64,000 bases of DNA from the human T2T-CHM13v2.0 reference genome, Homo sapiens: the NCBI RefSeq assembly GCF_009914755.1, contig NC_060947.1; one strand, given 5' to 3'. Below are positions 22,460 through 39,206 of this stretch, one piece after another. The position numbers and the translations under genes are program-made. Below the pieces are notes generated by a model. It was given only the letters and a program-made list of their open reading frames with translations, was not told the DNA's origin and made no database searches. Each line of letters begins with the position of its first letter. Position 1 is the first letter of the stretch.

Positions 22460-22667
22460 AAATGCCACCATCATTCTTTACAGAACTAGAAAAAACAATC
22501 CTAAAATTAGCCCACATAGCCAAAGCAAGACTAAGCAAAAAGAACATATCTGGAGGCATCACATTGCCTGACTTCAAACTATACTACAAGGCTACAGTCA
22601 CCAAAACAACATGGTACTAGTATAAAAATAGGCACAAAGACCAAGGGAACAGAATAGATAACACAAA
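22460..22667 (+). mobile_element. Internal L1 ORF2 fragment (L1PB-like) without tail
   Basis: agccaaagcaagactaagcaaaaagaac...ggaggcatcacattgcctgacttcaaactatactacaaggc. Confidence 0.85.
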
Positions 22668-22779
22668 GATTTTTAATTTCTCCTCCACTAACTGAAAGAG
22701 TTAAGGTTCATAGGCAACAGTAACTCTTTGTACCCAATGCTCCTGTTAAAGAGGACATATTGTTTTTGGCCTAGAAAGT

Positions 22780-23060
22780 AATAACAACAGTTAGCATTTA
22801 GTGAGTACTTGCTATGTGCCAGTCATTTGGCTGTGTGCTTGACATAGATCATTTCATTTAATCTGAAAACTACCCCATGAGAGCAGTACTATCTATCACT
22901 ATTATTATTAGCATCATTATTCTTATGTTGCAGGAAGAAGAAACTGAGACTAGAGAGGACAATAATGTACCAAGGTCATACAACTATTAAGTGGAATAAT
23001 TGGGATTTGAATCCATGCAGTCTGACTACAAGGCCATGGCTCATAAGTGCTCAGGTCTAT
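22780..23060 (-). mobile_element. MIR, near full length
   Basis: agcatttagtgagtacttgctatgtgccag...gaagaaactgagactagagagg...ccaaggtcatacaact...gggatttgaatcc. Confidence 0.85.
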
Positions 23061-23078
23061 GAAAATGATGGAAATGCA

Positions 23079-23158
23079 TTAGGTTGGTGCATAAGTAATT
23101 GCAGTTTTTGCCATTAAAAGTAATGGCAAAACCCGCAATTACTTGTGCACCAACCTAA
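23079..23158. mobile_element. MADE1 (Hsmar1-derived 80-bp palindromic MITE)
   Basis: ttaggttggtgcataagtaattgc...gcaattacttgtgcaccaacctaa; TA on the right flank and CA on the left. Confidence 0.95.
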
Positions 23159-23359
23159 TAAAAATGAGCAGGGATGGGTTTTAAAGGTAGGCTTCTATGG
23201 CTATTATTGGGATCAGAGCTGTTTCCATGTTGAATCGTCAGAATGGTTTGGTGTGCTCAGAACACCTTGAGCTCATCTATATGTATTCTTTTTGGTTTCT
23301 GTAACTCTAATTACCTCCTGGTGACTAATAATTAAATATTGATCAAGCTCATTTTGCAG

Positions 23360-23500
23360 ATAGATATTGAAAATGCAGAGACCTAGGTAAGTAACGATGA
23401 GCCTCACTTCTACCGTATTGCTGGCTGAGGGTGCTACATGCACAGCCCTAATGACAATCACAAGGGTGGAAAAGGGAAGCTGAAGGTCACTGACTTTCAG
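23360..23500 (+). pseudogene. Candidate remnant exon: C-terminal half of VWD domain 1
   Basis: Acceptor ttttgcAG, then IDIENAET*VSNDEPHFYRIAG*GCYMHSPNDNHKGGKG, resembling the VWD end ID...V....YF.KTCGLCGNF....DD. Two in-frame stops. Confidence 0.45.
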
Positions 23501-23711
23501 CTCTAGGGAAATTAGGGAGTACTTCTGCCTGGGCTTTGGCTGACAATCATCTGGAAAGTTATCTAAAAGGCCTAGTGCATTTATTTTTACCTAATTATAG
23601 CATTCAACTGGCATTTTCCAAGGGCTTCAATTATGTAGTCAGCAGCCTGAGAACTCATAGCACCTGATACAAATAAATTGCATATATTACTATGTATTCT
23701 TCTTGGTCAAG

Positions 23712-23989
23712 GATTTGGTGATGGGGAATTCCAGAACCATTAGAAGGAGTGCACCTTTCTCCTGGAGCACTGGTTTGCAAGTCCAAGGAGAATGTGATGA
23801 ACAGTTCCGATTCTTTCCTCAGAACATGTACAAAGAAACATATATGAATGACTGTGTATATGATCATGGGGAGGAGAAGTGTGAATCTTCCCGAAGCACA
23901 TTCAAAGACCCCTGCTTAGAGTGTCAGCAATGTGAAGCTGAATTCAGCAAGTGGGGCAAAACTGTCATCATCTGGATGATACTGTTTTG
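23712..23989 (+). pseudogene. Candidate remnant exon: C8 domain 1
   Basis: Acceptor ttcttcttggtcaAG. Frames give ECTFLLEHWF, SDSFLRTC and YMNDCVYDHGEEKC...CLECQQCEAEFSKWGKTVIIW; donor-like GTAAAC at 23990. Confidence 0.55.
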
Positions 23990-24036
23990 GTAAACATTTG
24001 GATAAGCAGGTTTCCTTATCCAAATGTTTACCAAAA
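23985..24036. repeat. Perfect 22-bp inverted repeat with 8-nt loop
   Basis: ttttggtaaacatttggataag (23985-24006), spacer caggtttc, cttatccaaatgtttaccaaaa (24015-24036). Confidence 0.95.
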
Positions 24037-24066
24037 AAAAAAAAATGTTAACTGAAAGAACAAAAG

Positions 24067-24811
24067 TTTTTTTTATTTTTTTTTTTATTATTATTCTACT
24101 TTAAGTTTTAGGGTACATGTGCACAATGTGCAGGTTAGTTACATATGTATACATGTGCCATGCTGGTGTGCTGCACCCATTAACTCGTCATTTAGCATTA
24201 GGTATATCTCCTAATGCTATCCCTCCACACTCCCCCCACCCCACAACAGGCCCCAGAGTGTGATGTTCCCCTTCCTGTGTCCATGTGTTCTCATTGTTCA
24301 ATTCCCACCTATGAGTGAGAACATGCGGTGTTTGATTTTTTGTCCTTGCGATAGTTTACTGACAATAATGATTTCCAGTTTCATCCATGTCCCTACAAAG
24401 GACATGAACTCCTCATTTTTTATGGCTGCATAGTATTCCACGGTGTATATGTGCCACATTTTCTTAATCCAGTCTATCATTGTTGGACATTTGGGTTGGT
24501 TCCAAGTCTTTCCTATTGTGAATAGTGCCACAACAAACATATGTGTGCATGTGTCTTTATAGCAGCATGATTTATAGTCCTTTGGGTATATACCCAGTAA
24601 TGGGATGGCTGGGTCAAATGGTATTTCTAGTTCTAGATCCCTGAGGAATCACCACACTGACTTCCACAATGGTTGAACTAGTTTACAGTCCCAGCAACAG
24701 TGTAAAAGTGTTCCTATTTCTCCACATCCTCTTCAGCACCTGTTGTTTCCTGACTTTTTGATGATCGCCATTCTAACTGGTGTGAGATGGTATCTCATTG
24801 TGGTTTTGATT
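24067..24811 (-). mobile_element. 5'-truncated young L1PA (about L1PA3-like) 3' end, 0.75 kb
   Basis: Poly-T, ttaagttttagggtacatgtgcacaatgtgcaggttagttac, and ORF2 C-terminus. Confidence 0.95.
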
Positions 24812-25130
24812 TTTTGTTTTTGTTTTTGAAGACCATATTGAAAATGAAGCAAAGTTCTAGTTGATAAAACATTTTGTTCTTTCAAAATGTTCAAAAATTT
24901 ATCCTGTAAATTTTCAACAGTATTTTTGTTAAAAATGTCCAATCCGGTTATAAGATTCTTGACTCCCCTTGTATTTCTGATAGTGCACACTCTTGCTACT
25001 CAAAATGTGGTCCATGGATCAGTAGCAGCAGCAGCACCTTGGAACTTGATAGAAACACAGAATCAAGGCCTCATGCCAGAGGTACAAGATCAGAATCTGC
25101 ATTTCCCAAGATTCCCAGGTGATATGTATA

Positions 25131-25788
<658 letters not shown>

Positions 25789-26334
25789 TGTACATACTGC
25801 GTTTGAGAAGCATTGATATACACAGTAGAGACATCAGAACATAAAGAGGCAGTGAGATGTGGTAGAATGAGGACCTGGACTCTGAACAAAGCTCTACCAT
25901 TTGCTAGCATCTGAGGTTGGGCACATTCCTCAACCTCTGAGGATGCCTCCTTAACTCTAGCAGCACCACAAAGGGTTGTTGTGCTTGACTTATAGTATTC
26001 ACGTGATAAACAGTAGTCACTGTTCCCACTGTTAAGATTTGTATTACATCTTAGTAACTGTCATTTACCAGGGCTTAGTAAACTAAAAATCTCCCTGTAG
26101 ATGTAAATGGAAGGAAAGGAGAGGGAGCAGTGTGCAATTGCTCTAAGCAGAGTGAGTGGCCCAGATGGTTCATAGGACTTATATGTGCAAAGTTAGGGGT
26201 CTAAGGCTCTATTGACTGTCTCTCAAATGTATGCCTCTGGGCACAAAGGAGAGGACTAAGGCAAAGTCTCAGGGTATGAGCTCCAATGCTAGGCAGACAG
26301 CATTGTTCATGAAGTTCAACAGAACTCTTCCCAG

Positions 26335-26453
26335 GCTGGGAGACATTCACCCAGGAGCTAGGTGGCAGTGGGGGAGGATGAGGGTGCCCTATGCCAAGAT
26401 CTGCCTGAAGCCAAGACAGATAGGGTTGGGGAAGAATGAATATGGCATTGAGG
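26335..26453 (+). pseudogene. Candidate remnant exon: first half of TIL domain 1
   Basis: Acceptor ctcttcccAG, then ...HPGARWQWGRMRVPYAKICLKPRQIGLGKNEYGIE, resembling the TIL pattern CPxG..Y..C..PCxxTC......C...CxEG. Several codons at Cys positions are one substitution from Cys (TAT, GGC). Confidence 0.4.
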
Positions 26454-26818
26454 TCTATTGAATGCCACTAAACAGGGTGTCTATTTACTATAGGCATACA
26501 GCTTGCTGTGTTTCCCCAATACACAATCCTGAGCCTAATTTCCAAATGATAAGGGAAAAAGTCAGGCCCAGAGCCCAAACCTTAACACTCCAGATCCAGT
26601 TTTTTCCCCACTGCATCCCAGGAGCTTCATCCAGAGCTCACTAATTATCTGGAATCTCCATTTAATATGCTTGGGGCTCCATATAAAGTGGGACTGTTCA
26701 AATACACTTCTGGCAATCAGCAAATCAAAACTCAAGTGCTTTTGAGGGAATCACAGGTGAACTTGTGAAGTCCATTTTGAGGCTACAGCATCATGATATA
26801 GTCATGATGGGTTTCAGG

Positions 26819-27536
<718 letters not shown>

Positions 27537-27879
27537 TATTTTTATAATATAAAAGATCATTAGGAAAGTCACGTACTTCATTTTTAAAAGATGATACAGT
27601 TTCCAAAGGGACAGAATACAAGGCTAAAAGGCAGGAAGTCCAGTTTCACATGAGAAGCAGAATATGGCCAAGAAAACTAAGTGAATGTGTATTTTTAAAT
27701 TTCACTTCAAGTGCCACCACCTTAATTTTAGCTACAAAACTAAAACCTCTTCTTTCTTTTTGTCTCGCAGTTCAAATTCTATCACTGATCTCTTGGGTTT
27801 CCCTATTCAAATAAACGAATAAATTAAAATTTTTCTCCTCTAACTCATTACGTTTTACTGTCACTTAAATTTAACACAG

Positions 27880-27965
27880 GGAGCATGCCACCAGGAAGAA
27901 GGTAGCAATTGTATTACTTTATGTTGAAGTGTGTTCGTTAATCTTACCATGGAGACAGAAAAAAT
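27880..27965 (+). pseudogene. Tentative remnant exon: second half of TIL1 and start of the E module
   Basis: After acacAG, frames give GSMPPG...KCVR*SYHGD and HQEEGSNCITL, resembling GCxCPxG....EGxCV...CxCxxxG. Confidence 0.25.
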
Positions 27966-28334
27966 TCTTATTTTATTAAATACAATGGCTCCTCATTTTT
28001 CTAGCCTCATTACAGAAAGCAGTGTTGCACTGTGATAACTGAAAGTACTTCTCAATAAACGAAAAATATTTTTTAATTCTAGCTACTTCCACGGAAATCA
28101 TTCTAAAATGTCATGTATACTTCTCTTCTATAAGGTACAATGTATATAATGATATACATACATATACACATATATATGATATATATAAAATACAATGATT
28201 ATAATTTAGCCTTTTCATTTGTATATTTGTGTGTATATATAAAATGTATATACATAGACACACACTTTATTCTGTGCTTTATGCGTGTCAGGCATTAGAT
28301 GAGGGCTTTATATGCATTTTGTCTCAGTCTTTAG

Positions 28335-28607
28335 GAATATCTATTACTGTACTAGGTTATGATAATGTGATGCTCAATGATGATACTGACATATAAACAA
28401 CTATCTGGCAGCTGGCCATACTTGTTAGTTCATCTATTTCCTCTCACTGGTATCAATCATCACTTCTGCTTGCTGACACTGGGCTGTGGGTTCTAATCTG
28501 TTGCCTTACATCTTATCAATGGACTGACAGTGACTCTGAATGCCTATGGTGTATACTACATGACTTTGATGAAAACTGCAACTCAGGTGCCTCTTTTGGT
28601 TCTATAG
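28335..28607 (+). pseudogene. Candidate remnant exon: N-terminal half of VWD domain 2
   Basis: Acceptor cagtctttAG, then GISITVLGYDNV, a frameshift, then TYKQLSGSWPYLLVHLFPLTGINHHFCLLTLGCGF*SVALHLINGLTVTLNAYG...TQVPLL. Aligns by eye with VWF D2-type FSGICQYLLA...CTRSVTVRL...VQLPLL. Confidence 0.6.
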
Positions 28608-28684
28608 GAGCGTCACTCCAATACTGTCACCAGGCAGATCTTCATATTAAATAATTGGAGGAATAATAAACATGAAGAGTTTAA

Positions 28685-29437
<753 letters not shown>

Positions 29438-29440
29438 CAG

Positions 29441-29600
29441 TGGAAACACTGATTGTCTCAAAAGAGAAGGGCAATGTTAAAATCAGTGTTTTGCTCATAT
29501 TAGGAACTCAGTAAATATTCTATGATTGGGAATTTTGAGCAGGTTATAATATGAATATAGGGGTGCTATGTCATAAACATCTAGAAAGAGATTCAAAGTA
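29441..29600 (+). pseudogene. Candidate remnant exon: C-terminal half of VWD domain 2
   Basis: LIVSKEKGNVKISVLLILGTQ*IFYDWEF*AGYNMNIGVLC, resembling the VWD pattern GL.V.YDW....Y.G..CGLC. Confidence 0.35.
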
Positions 29601-30074
29601 CCAGAGAATCTCAGAGAAAGTCAGAAAGACCATCTAACCAAATCCAAGGTAAATGCTGATAATTCAAAGCATTAGAAGGATTTCGACAGCATGTGATCCA
29701 TCAGGAAAGACTAACTGAAAGAGCCAACTAAGTCTTGAGCTTTGAAGGAACATGACATTTAAAGGCAGCAGTGATTAAGGTCTAATCAGGAGACAATGAG
29801 GAAGTCCACCATCTAGTGTTGAAGGAAGCAACATGACAAAACTATAAGGTGGAATTCTATCAGAAGGTGGAACATTTTAGAGGTTGAGAGATACCTGTTG
29901 CCGAGTAACATCGAGGCTCTTCCTGAGCTGGAGTCGCCTAAAATAGATACTTGGAGGTGCTGGGGGCGGGGGGAGCGGGGGCAAGGGATGCAAAGAATCG
30001 TGGTCAGTGCTAAATAATGCCGAGATTGATTTGGAAGAACAGGAAATCCCAACTCAGGTGGAGACATGAAGGCA

Positions 30075-30318
30075 AAAGTACAGAGTATGGAGTCAAAAAG
30101 CCTGGGTTCTAGTCCTAGCTCAGCCAATCACTAATCTGTATAGCCTTTAAGTACATAATTAAACCTCTCTATATCTGAATTTCCTCATCTATAAAATGGT
30201 AATAGTAATAGCACCCACCTCATAGGCAGATGTGAGGATTCAGTGAAAGATAATATATAAACTTAGCACAGTGCAAGGAACATAATAAGCACTGAATAAA
30301 TGGTAACTTTTATTATTC
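30075..30318 (+). mobile_element. MIR, near full length
   Basis: tggagtcaaaaagcctgggttctagtcctagctc...tttcctcatctataaaatgg...cttagcacagtgc. Confidence 0.9.
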
Positions 30319-30347
30319 AGAGATCAGTGATATGACTTGCTCTTTAG

Positions 30348-30570
30348 ACATGCAAAAAAATAGGGAAGGCAGCTCCAGGAATAGGGGACATACAAGAAAG
30401 TGTGGATGTGACAACTTCTGCCCTATGCTGATGTTCACCACCTCCCTCCGCCCTCTTCCATTTACAATCTTAGTAACATATGTGTTTCAATTCTCATCAT
30501 TTTGGACCTAGGGCGAATGGAGTCATTGCATACTCTCAGAAAAGTCACTTTATTTCTGTTGCTAAATATC
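30348..30570 (+). pseudogene. Tentative remnant exon: C8 domain 2
   Basis: Acceptor tctttAG. Frames give RKCG, PYADVHHLPPPSSIY..NICVS and VIAYSQK, resembling the C8 pattern C.....PFxxCHxxVxPxxY...CV...AxAxY. Confidence 0.3.
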
Positions 30571-30616
30571 CCCTTAACCATGATGCTGTTAGCCTGAGTG
30601 ACTCAAAGTTATAAAT

Positions 30617-30953
30617 CAGAAGTCCCCATCCCTGGGCCACGAATGGGTACTGGTCCATGGCTTGTTAGGAACCAGGCTGCACAGCAGGTGGTGAGCAGCG
30701 GGCCAGCAAGCATTACTGCCTGAGCTCCGCCTCCTGTCAGATCAGTGGCGTCATTAGATTCTTATAGGAGTGCCAACCCTATTGTGAACTCTGCATGCAA
30801 CGGATCTAGGTTGCGCTCCTCATGAGAATCTAATGCTTGATGATCTGAGGTGGAACAGTTTCATCCCGAAACCATCCCCCACCTCCCCCTGTCCGTGGAA
30901 AAATTGTCTTCTACGAAACTGTTCCCTGGTGCCAAAATGATTGGGGAACACTG
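30617..30953. mobile_element. MER1B (hAT-Charlie)
   Basis: Termini cagaagtcccca and ttggggaacactg; internal gcattactgcctgagctccgcctcctgtcagatcag; 8-bp flanks ttataaat / ccctaaat. Confidence 0.93.
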
Positions 30954-31082
30954 CCCTAAATGGCTTAATATCTTCCTAATAGTTTAGAAAACCAAATGTT
31001 TTCTCTTCTAGATGCTTCTACTAACTACTCAGTTTGAAAAAAAGGTGTCCTGTCATATATGCTCTCTTTATCAACATAAGGT

Positions 31083-31108
31083 TATATATATATATATATA
31101 TATATATA
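31083..31108. repeat. (TA)n microsatellite
   Basis: About 13 TA units. Confidence 0.95.
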
Positions 31109-31194
31109 AGCTTCTCTGCATTTTAATAAGCTGAAGAGTTAGCCCTTGAATAGCCAAACAATGAAAGTTCAGTCTGGCATCACAAAAACGTATT

Positions 31195-33440
31195 AACAAC
31201 TTTTGCTTCCAACCATGATGGAGTAAAAGCAATCAGATTAAACAACTAAAAAACTGGACAAAATACATGAAAAAAAAATGGCTTTCAGACACTAGACAAC
31301 AGTCAGTACAAGATTGCTAGCCCTCAGAGAAGGGGAACAAGTGAGGCACCCCTAAATCTTCCCTAGCTTACTGACTGGAGAGGCTTTCCACGATGCAGTG
31401 CAAACAGCCCAGTGATTTCCTGCATTGAGAAGACAGAAATCAGGGAAGAGGGAGGCCAAAATAATTAAAACTTGTGGGAAAAAGTTCCAGAGAGAAGAGA
31501 GCTACATAGGAGAGAGCTCTGGAGGTCTTCAGATGGATCCCTTTATGTCTTTGGCTGAGTACTGATTGGCATACGTATGGGAGGAAACTACCCAAGACCA
31601 ATAAAAGAATTGCTAAAAAAAGAAAAAGTAGGAGGGCCAGTCCCCAGAAGCTCACAAAGACACAGGAACAGTTTGTGTTCCTACCAGCAGAATGGAAAGA
31701 CCTTGTGATATATGGGGCAATAATTAGAGCCCTGAAAAGTGTATTGTCTTGGTAGTGAAATAAAATTAGCTGCAGGCTAAAGGCTACGTTGATACTACCC
31801 TAAGAAAGCATAAAAATCAAGCCTCAAAAGGATCAAACTGATTCCAATTAACTGCATGCTGGTTCAAAGTTTAATAGTATTTAAAGAAATATGATAAAAT
31901 AAAGCACCCAACAATATAAAATCCATAATGTCCAACATCCAATCAAAAATTATCAGACATGCAAAGAATTAGAAAGATACAACTCTTAAATGGAGAAAAA
32001 TCAATCAACAGAAACAAACTAAGATGACACAAATTATAGACTTAACATATAAGGACATTAAAATATAGTCATTATATATATGCTCCCATTTAATAGGGGA
32101 GCTAGAGGAAAGACTGGGCATGTTAAGTAGAAACATGGAGGGTACAGGAAAGACTCAAATCAAACATCTAGACATGAAACATACAGTATCTGTAATGAAA
32201 AATACATAGGCTGGGATTTCTAGTACAATAGACACTGCGGAAGAAAAGATGAATGAACCTAAAGACACAGCAATAGAAACTGGTCAAAATGAAATACATA
32301 GAGAAAAAAGACTGAGACAAACAGAACAGAGCATCAGTTAGCTATGGGAAACACCACAGGGTTCAATGAAGTACCAAAATATTCGAAGAAAAAGGACCAA
32401 AAGTTTTGCAAATTTTATGAAAACTATAAATGCGCAAGTCTAAAAATTTCAATGGACTGTAAGCCAAAAATAAAAGGAAAAAACCACACCATAGCAAATC
32501 ATTATCTAAGTACTGAAAAAATGTGAAAGTTGTTCAAAGGAACAAAGATAAAAATGATGGCATACTTCTCATCAGAAGCTATGCAAACCAAAAACAATAG
32601 TGTGACATCTTTGAAGTATTGAAAGAAAAAACTGACACCTTATCATTCTATTTACAGAAAAAAAAAACTGTCTTTCAAAAATTAGGTGAAATAAGGGAGC
32701 AGTCTGAGAAAATTACTGCCAGAAGTCCAGCTGTTTTTGGATCAGTTATCATCGGTACAGAGAAACGCTATTGATTTTTATAAGTTGCTGCATTTTCTTA
32801 TTAGTTTTTATCATTTTTTCTATCCATTATCTTGTTTTTCTTCTGCAGATGATCATACCAACTGCAAGTAATGATAGTTTTATATCTTCCCTATCAATTC
32901 TTACACTTCTTATTTCTTTTTCCTTTTTTGAGGGAGAATTCATTGCAAGGAGACCAACACTATAAGAAATAATAAAGTTCTTTCATCACAAGGAAAATAA
33001 CACCAGATGGGATGCTGGAGCTACAAAAAGGAATGAAGAACACTGTAAATGATAAAAATGTGCATAAATATTAAATATTGGTTTCTCATTTGTAAAATCT
33101 CTTTAAAAGATAATTATTTAAATCAAAAATAATAGGCCAGATATAGTGGCTCATGCCTATAATCCTAGCACTTTTGGAGGCTGAAGTGGGAGGACTGCTT
33201 GAGGCCAAGAGTTCAAGAACAGCCTAGGCAACATAGCAAGACCCTATCTCTAATAAATAAATTAATTAAATAATACTATATTGTACTATATGTGGTATAA
33301 CATATGTAGAAAAATGATGAGAAAGGTAGTTCAAAGGCTGAGAAGAGGAAAATTAAAATATATTGTTATAGGTTTTCACATGAATAATATACCATCTAAA
33401 ATGGTATATTATTATTTCAAGGTAGAATATTAAAAGTTAG
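31195..33440 (+). mobile_element. Old L1M 5' UTR/ORF1 region, with an inverted L1 piece (about 32770-32930) and an Alu monomer (33135-33265)
   Basis: A-rich ORF1-like sequence (gcaatagaaactggtcaaaatgaa; acttctcatcagaagctatgcaaacc); FLAM/left-arm Alu at 33135. Confidence 0.7.
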
Positions 33441-33448
33441 AAGGATGT

Positions 33449-34040
33449 TATGGTAGGCAGCCTCTAAGATGACTTCCAATGATCCACAACATCTGTTATT
33501 CATGTCATTGTGTAATACCTGCCCTTTGAATGGGTGATGGATATAATGACTCATAACAAATGGAATAGCGCAAAAGTACTAAGATGTCACTTCCAAGATT
33601 ATGGTACAAAAAAAAAGACTCTGCCTTCTCTCTTGTTCACCCTCTCTTATTATCTTTCACTTTCTCTGATGAAAATAGATGCTATGTGGCAAATTGCCCT
33701 ATGCAGAGTTCCATGGGGCAAGGAACTGATGGGGGTTTCCAGCTGACAGTCAGTGATGAACTGAGGCCTTCAGTCCAACAGACTACAAGGAACTGAATCC
33801 TTCCAACAACCACATGCATGAGCTTAGAATTGCATCCTCCCTCAATCAAGCCTTCAGAAGAAATGACTGCAGCCCCAGCCAACATCTTGATTGCAGCCTT
33901 GTGAGAGACCTTGAGCCAGAGAACCCAGCAAAGCCATGCCTAGATTCCTAACTCACTAAAACTATTAGATAATAAATGTTTGTTGTTTTAAGCCACTAAA
34001 TTCGAAGACAGGTTGTCATGCAGCAATATATAACCTAGTT
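33449..34040 (+). mobile_element. MLT1 (MaLR) solo LTR
   Basis: ggtaggcagcctctaagatg...gaactgaatccttccaacaacc...ataataaatgtttgttgttttaagccactaa. Confidence 0.88.
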
Positions 34041-34790
34041 ATATATGTGTACTAATACTAAATTGTTATATATTGTATGTCCTGGAATAAACACCAGGAA
34101 AAACACAAAATAAAGAGCATTACTAATGAGCCTATAATAGAAATAACATGAAATCTTAAAAATAATCATTCCAATAGACAGCAAGCAAAGAGTTTAAAAG
34201 GACCAAACATTTATTGAGCATCCACCATAGTAAAAGCAGGGAGTCATATGCTAAGAATATAAAGTCCCTGCCTGGACTTAAAAAATTTCATATTTTCAGT
34301 ACTGGGCAGGAACTCAGAAAAGTACATGAAGGAAAACAATTCTAGGTATGGTACCCAAATATCCTATGCCTTGGCAGTTTAAGGGCAGAACAGTCTCTCA
34401 GGTATGGGGAAAACCAGGGAAGCAGATTTGAGATGGACCTTGAAGAATGGCACAATTTTCAGCAAGGAGAGATGTAAAAGAAGGGCAAAATATCCCAAGC
34501 AAACAGTACACAGGATCAAAGGCTCAGTTGAGAAAGCTAGAGAGATATGTTGAGGGGAAAAGTCGGGGGAGGGAAGGCCAGAGACTTTACAGGAGACCCA
34601 GAATATTGCTTTGTAACAGAGATCTAAAGAAGAGAGGGTGGTACAAAGGGGTATGGACCATAAGATTTAATGTTGTTGAAGGAGTACGGAGGGCACTGAG
34701 AAAAAGGCCACTGGAATTGGTTGAGGCACAGGCACAGTCTAATCCAGAAGTTGTATCAATTTGCAGCCTTCCCTACTACCAGACCAGTGA

Positions 34791-35103
<313 letters not shown>

Positions 35104-35221
35104 AGATAACACTAATTAATGACAGCACTGAGACTGTGCCTGGCCTCAGATTCCTTCTTAACAATCCTTCGGGCAGCTACTACCAAAACATTAGAATTGG
35201 TACAGGAGATGAAATATATTT

Positions 35222-35321
35222 GTTACCTGTGGCCTGATAATTTAAGAAGCCTGGTCTGTAGGGAATGAAGGATGTAAAGACCTTACTTTGGCATCCAACA
35301 AGGAGGCTCATTGTATGTAGG
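35222..35321 (+). pseudogene. Candidate remnant exon: first half of TIL domain 2
   Basis: A single frame reads VTCGLII*EAWSVGNEGCKDLTLASNKEAHCM*G, then phase-1 donor G|GTGAAA. Aligns with VWF TIL2-type [23 protein letters not shown]...ACLEG. The stops fall at Tyr (TAA) and Glu (TAG) positions and TGG at a Cys position. Confidence 0.55.
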
Positions 35322-35469
35322 GTGAAAAACAAGAAGGCCCTCCTCTAACTGGGAAGCTTGTAGTCTTTCCAAAATCATGCATATCTTAGAAGGATAAAAT
35401 GGAGCAGGCTTTAAGAAGGAAGTCTACAATTTCCAAAGCAGCAAGACCACCTAAATCCATCCTGATAAT

Positions 35470-36385
35470 CAATAGCTTAAAGAAAAAAGGAGAATGGACT
35501 TCCTCAACCTGATAAAGAATAACTAGAAAAAACCCACAACTAACATCAGACTCCATGGTGAAAGAATGAATACTTTCCCCTTGAGATCAGAAACAAGACA
35601 AGGATAATTTTTCTAGCCACTTTTATTCAACATTGTACTGGAAGTTTTAGGTAGGCCAATTAGGCAAGATAAGGAAATACAGGCACCCCAGTTGGAAAAG
35701 AGGATGTAAAACTATTTGCAGATGACATGATCTTGTATATAGAAAATCCTAAGGAATAAAGTAAACATTTATTAGAACTAATAAACAATTTTAATAAGGT
35801 TGCAGGATACATGACCAATATCCAACAATAATTTTATATCTATATAGTAGCAATGGACAAACCAAAAATGAAATTAAGAACACTGTTCCATTTACAATAG
35901 CATCGCTAGAAATTAAATACTTAGGAATAAATTTAATAAAATAAGCCTAAAATTTATACTCTGAAAACTAAAATACATTGCAGAAAGAAATTAAAGAGGA
36001 CCTAAATAAATGGGAAAACATCCCATGTGCATGAATCAGAAAACTTGATATTGTTAACATGACAATACTCCCCTAATTGATCTACAGATGCAATGTAATC
36101 CCTATCAAAATCTTACTTTTCTTTGCAGAAATCAATGAGTTGATCATAAAATTCACATAGAACTATAAAAGACCCAGAATATCCAAAACAATCATGAAAA
36201 CCAGAACAAAGTTGGAGGACTCACTTCTCAATTTCAAAACATTAATCAAGACAATAAAATATGGTGTTGGCATAAGTATAGATAAATACAATTAAGAGTC
36301 CAGATCCTCATATTTTTAGTCAATGATTGTCAACAAGGGTGCTAAAACAGTGGGGAAAAATCCAGTGAGAAAATAATAGCCTTTG
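35470..36385 (+). mobile_element. Old L1M ORF2 RT-region fragment
   Basis: ctatttgcagatgacatgatcttgtatatagaaaatcct translates to LFADDMILYIENP. Confidence 0.9.
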
Positions 36386-36559
36386 TTTTACATCACAATA
36401 TCAATTTTTATTACATAGGATTTGTGACCATTATTTTGCAGCATAAAAACATGACTTTCTTGTTTTCATGCTAATATTTCACAATCTATAATATATAGTT
36501 TCTTAAAAGATAAACTCAAAAAAGTAGTTTTTAACCACAATTCTGTTACTTGGTTTTTA

Positions 36560-39205
<2,646 letters not shown>

Positions 39206-39206
39206 C

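Noticed and set aside
22690-23280. Extra VWD1 middle fragments (VKVH..VTL near 22705, YYWDQ near 23203) and an E-module piece near 28010
   Set aside because: Too short to separate from chance; not counted as evidence.
23360-23386. 27-nt micro-exon (ttttgcAG ... TAG|GTAAGT)
   Set aside because: It has stops in all three phases, and the VWD-like frame continues through the GT. The donor is better explained as a chance product within a longer fossil exon.
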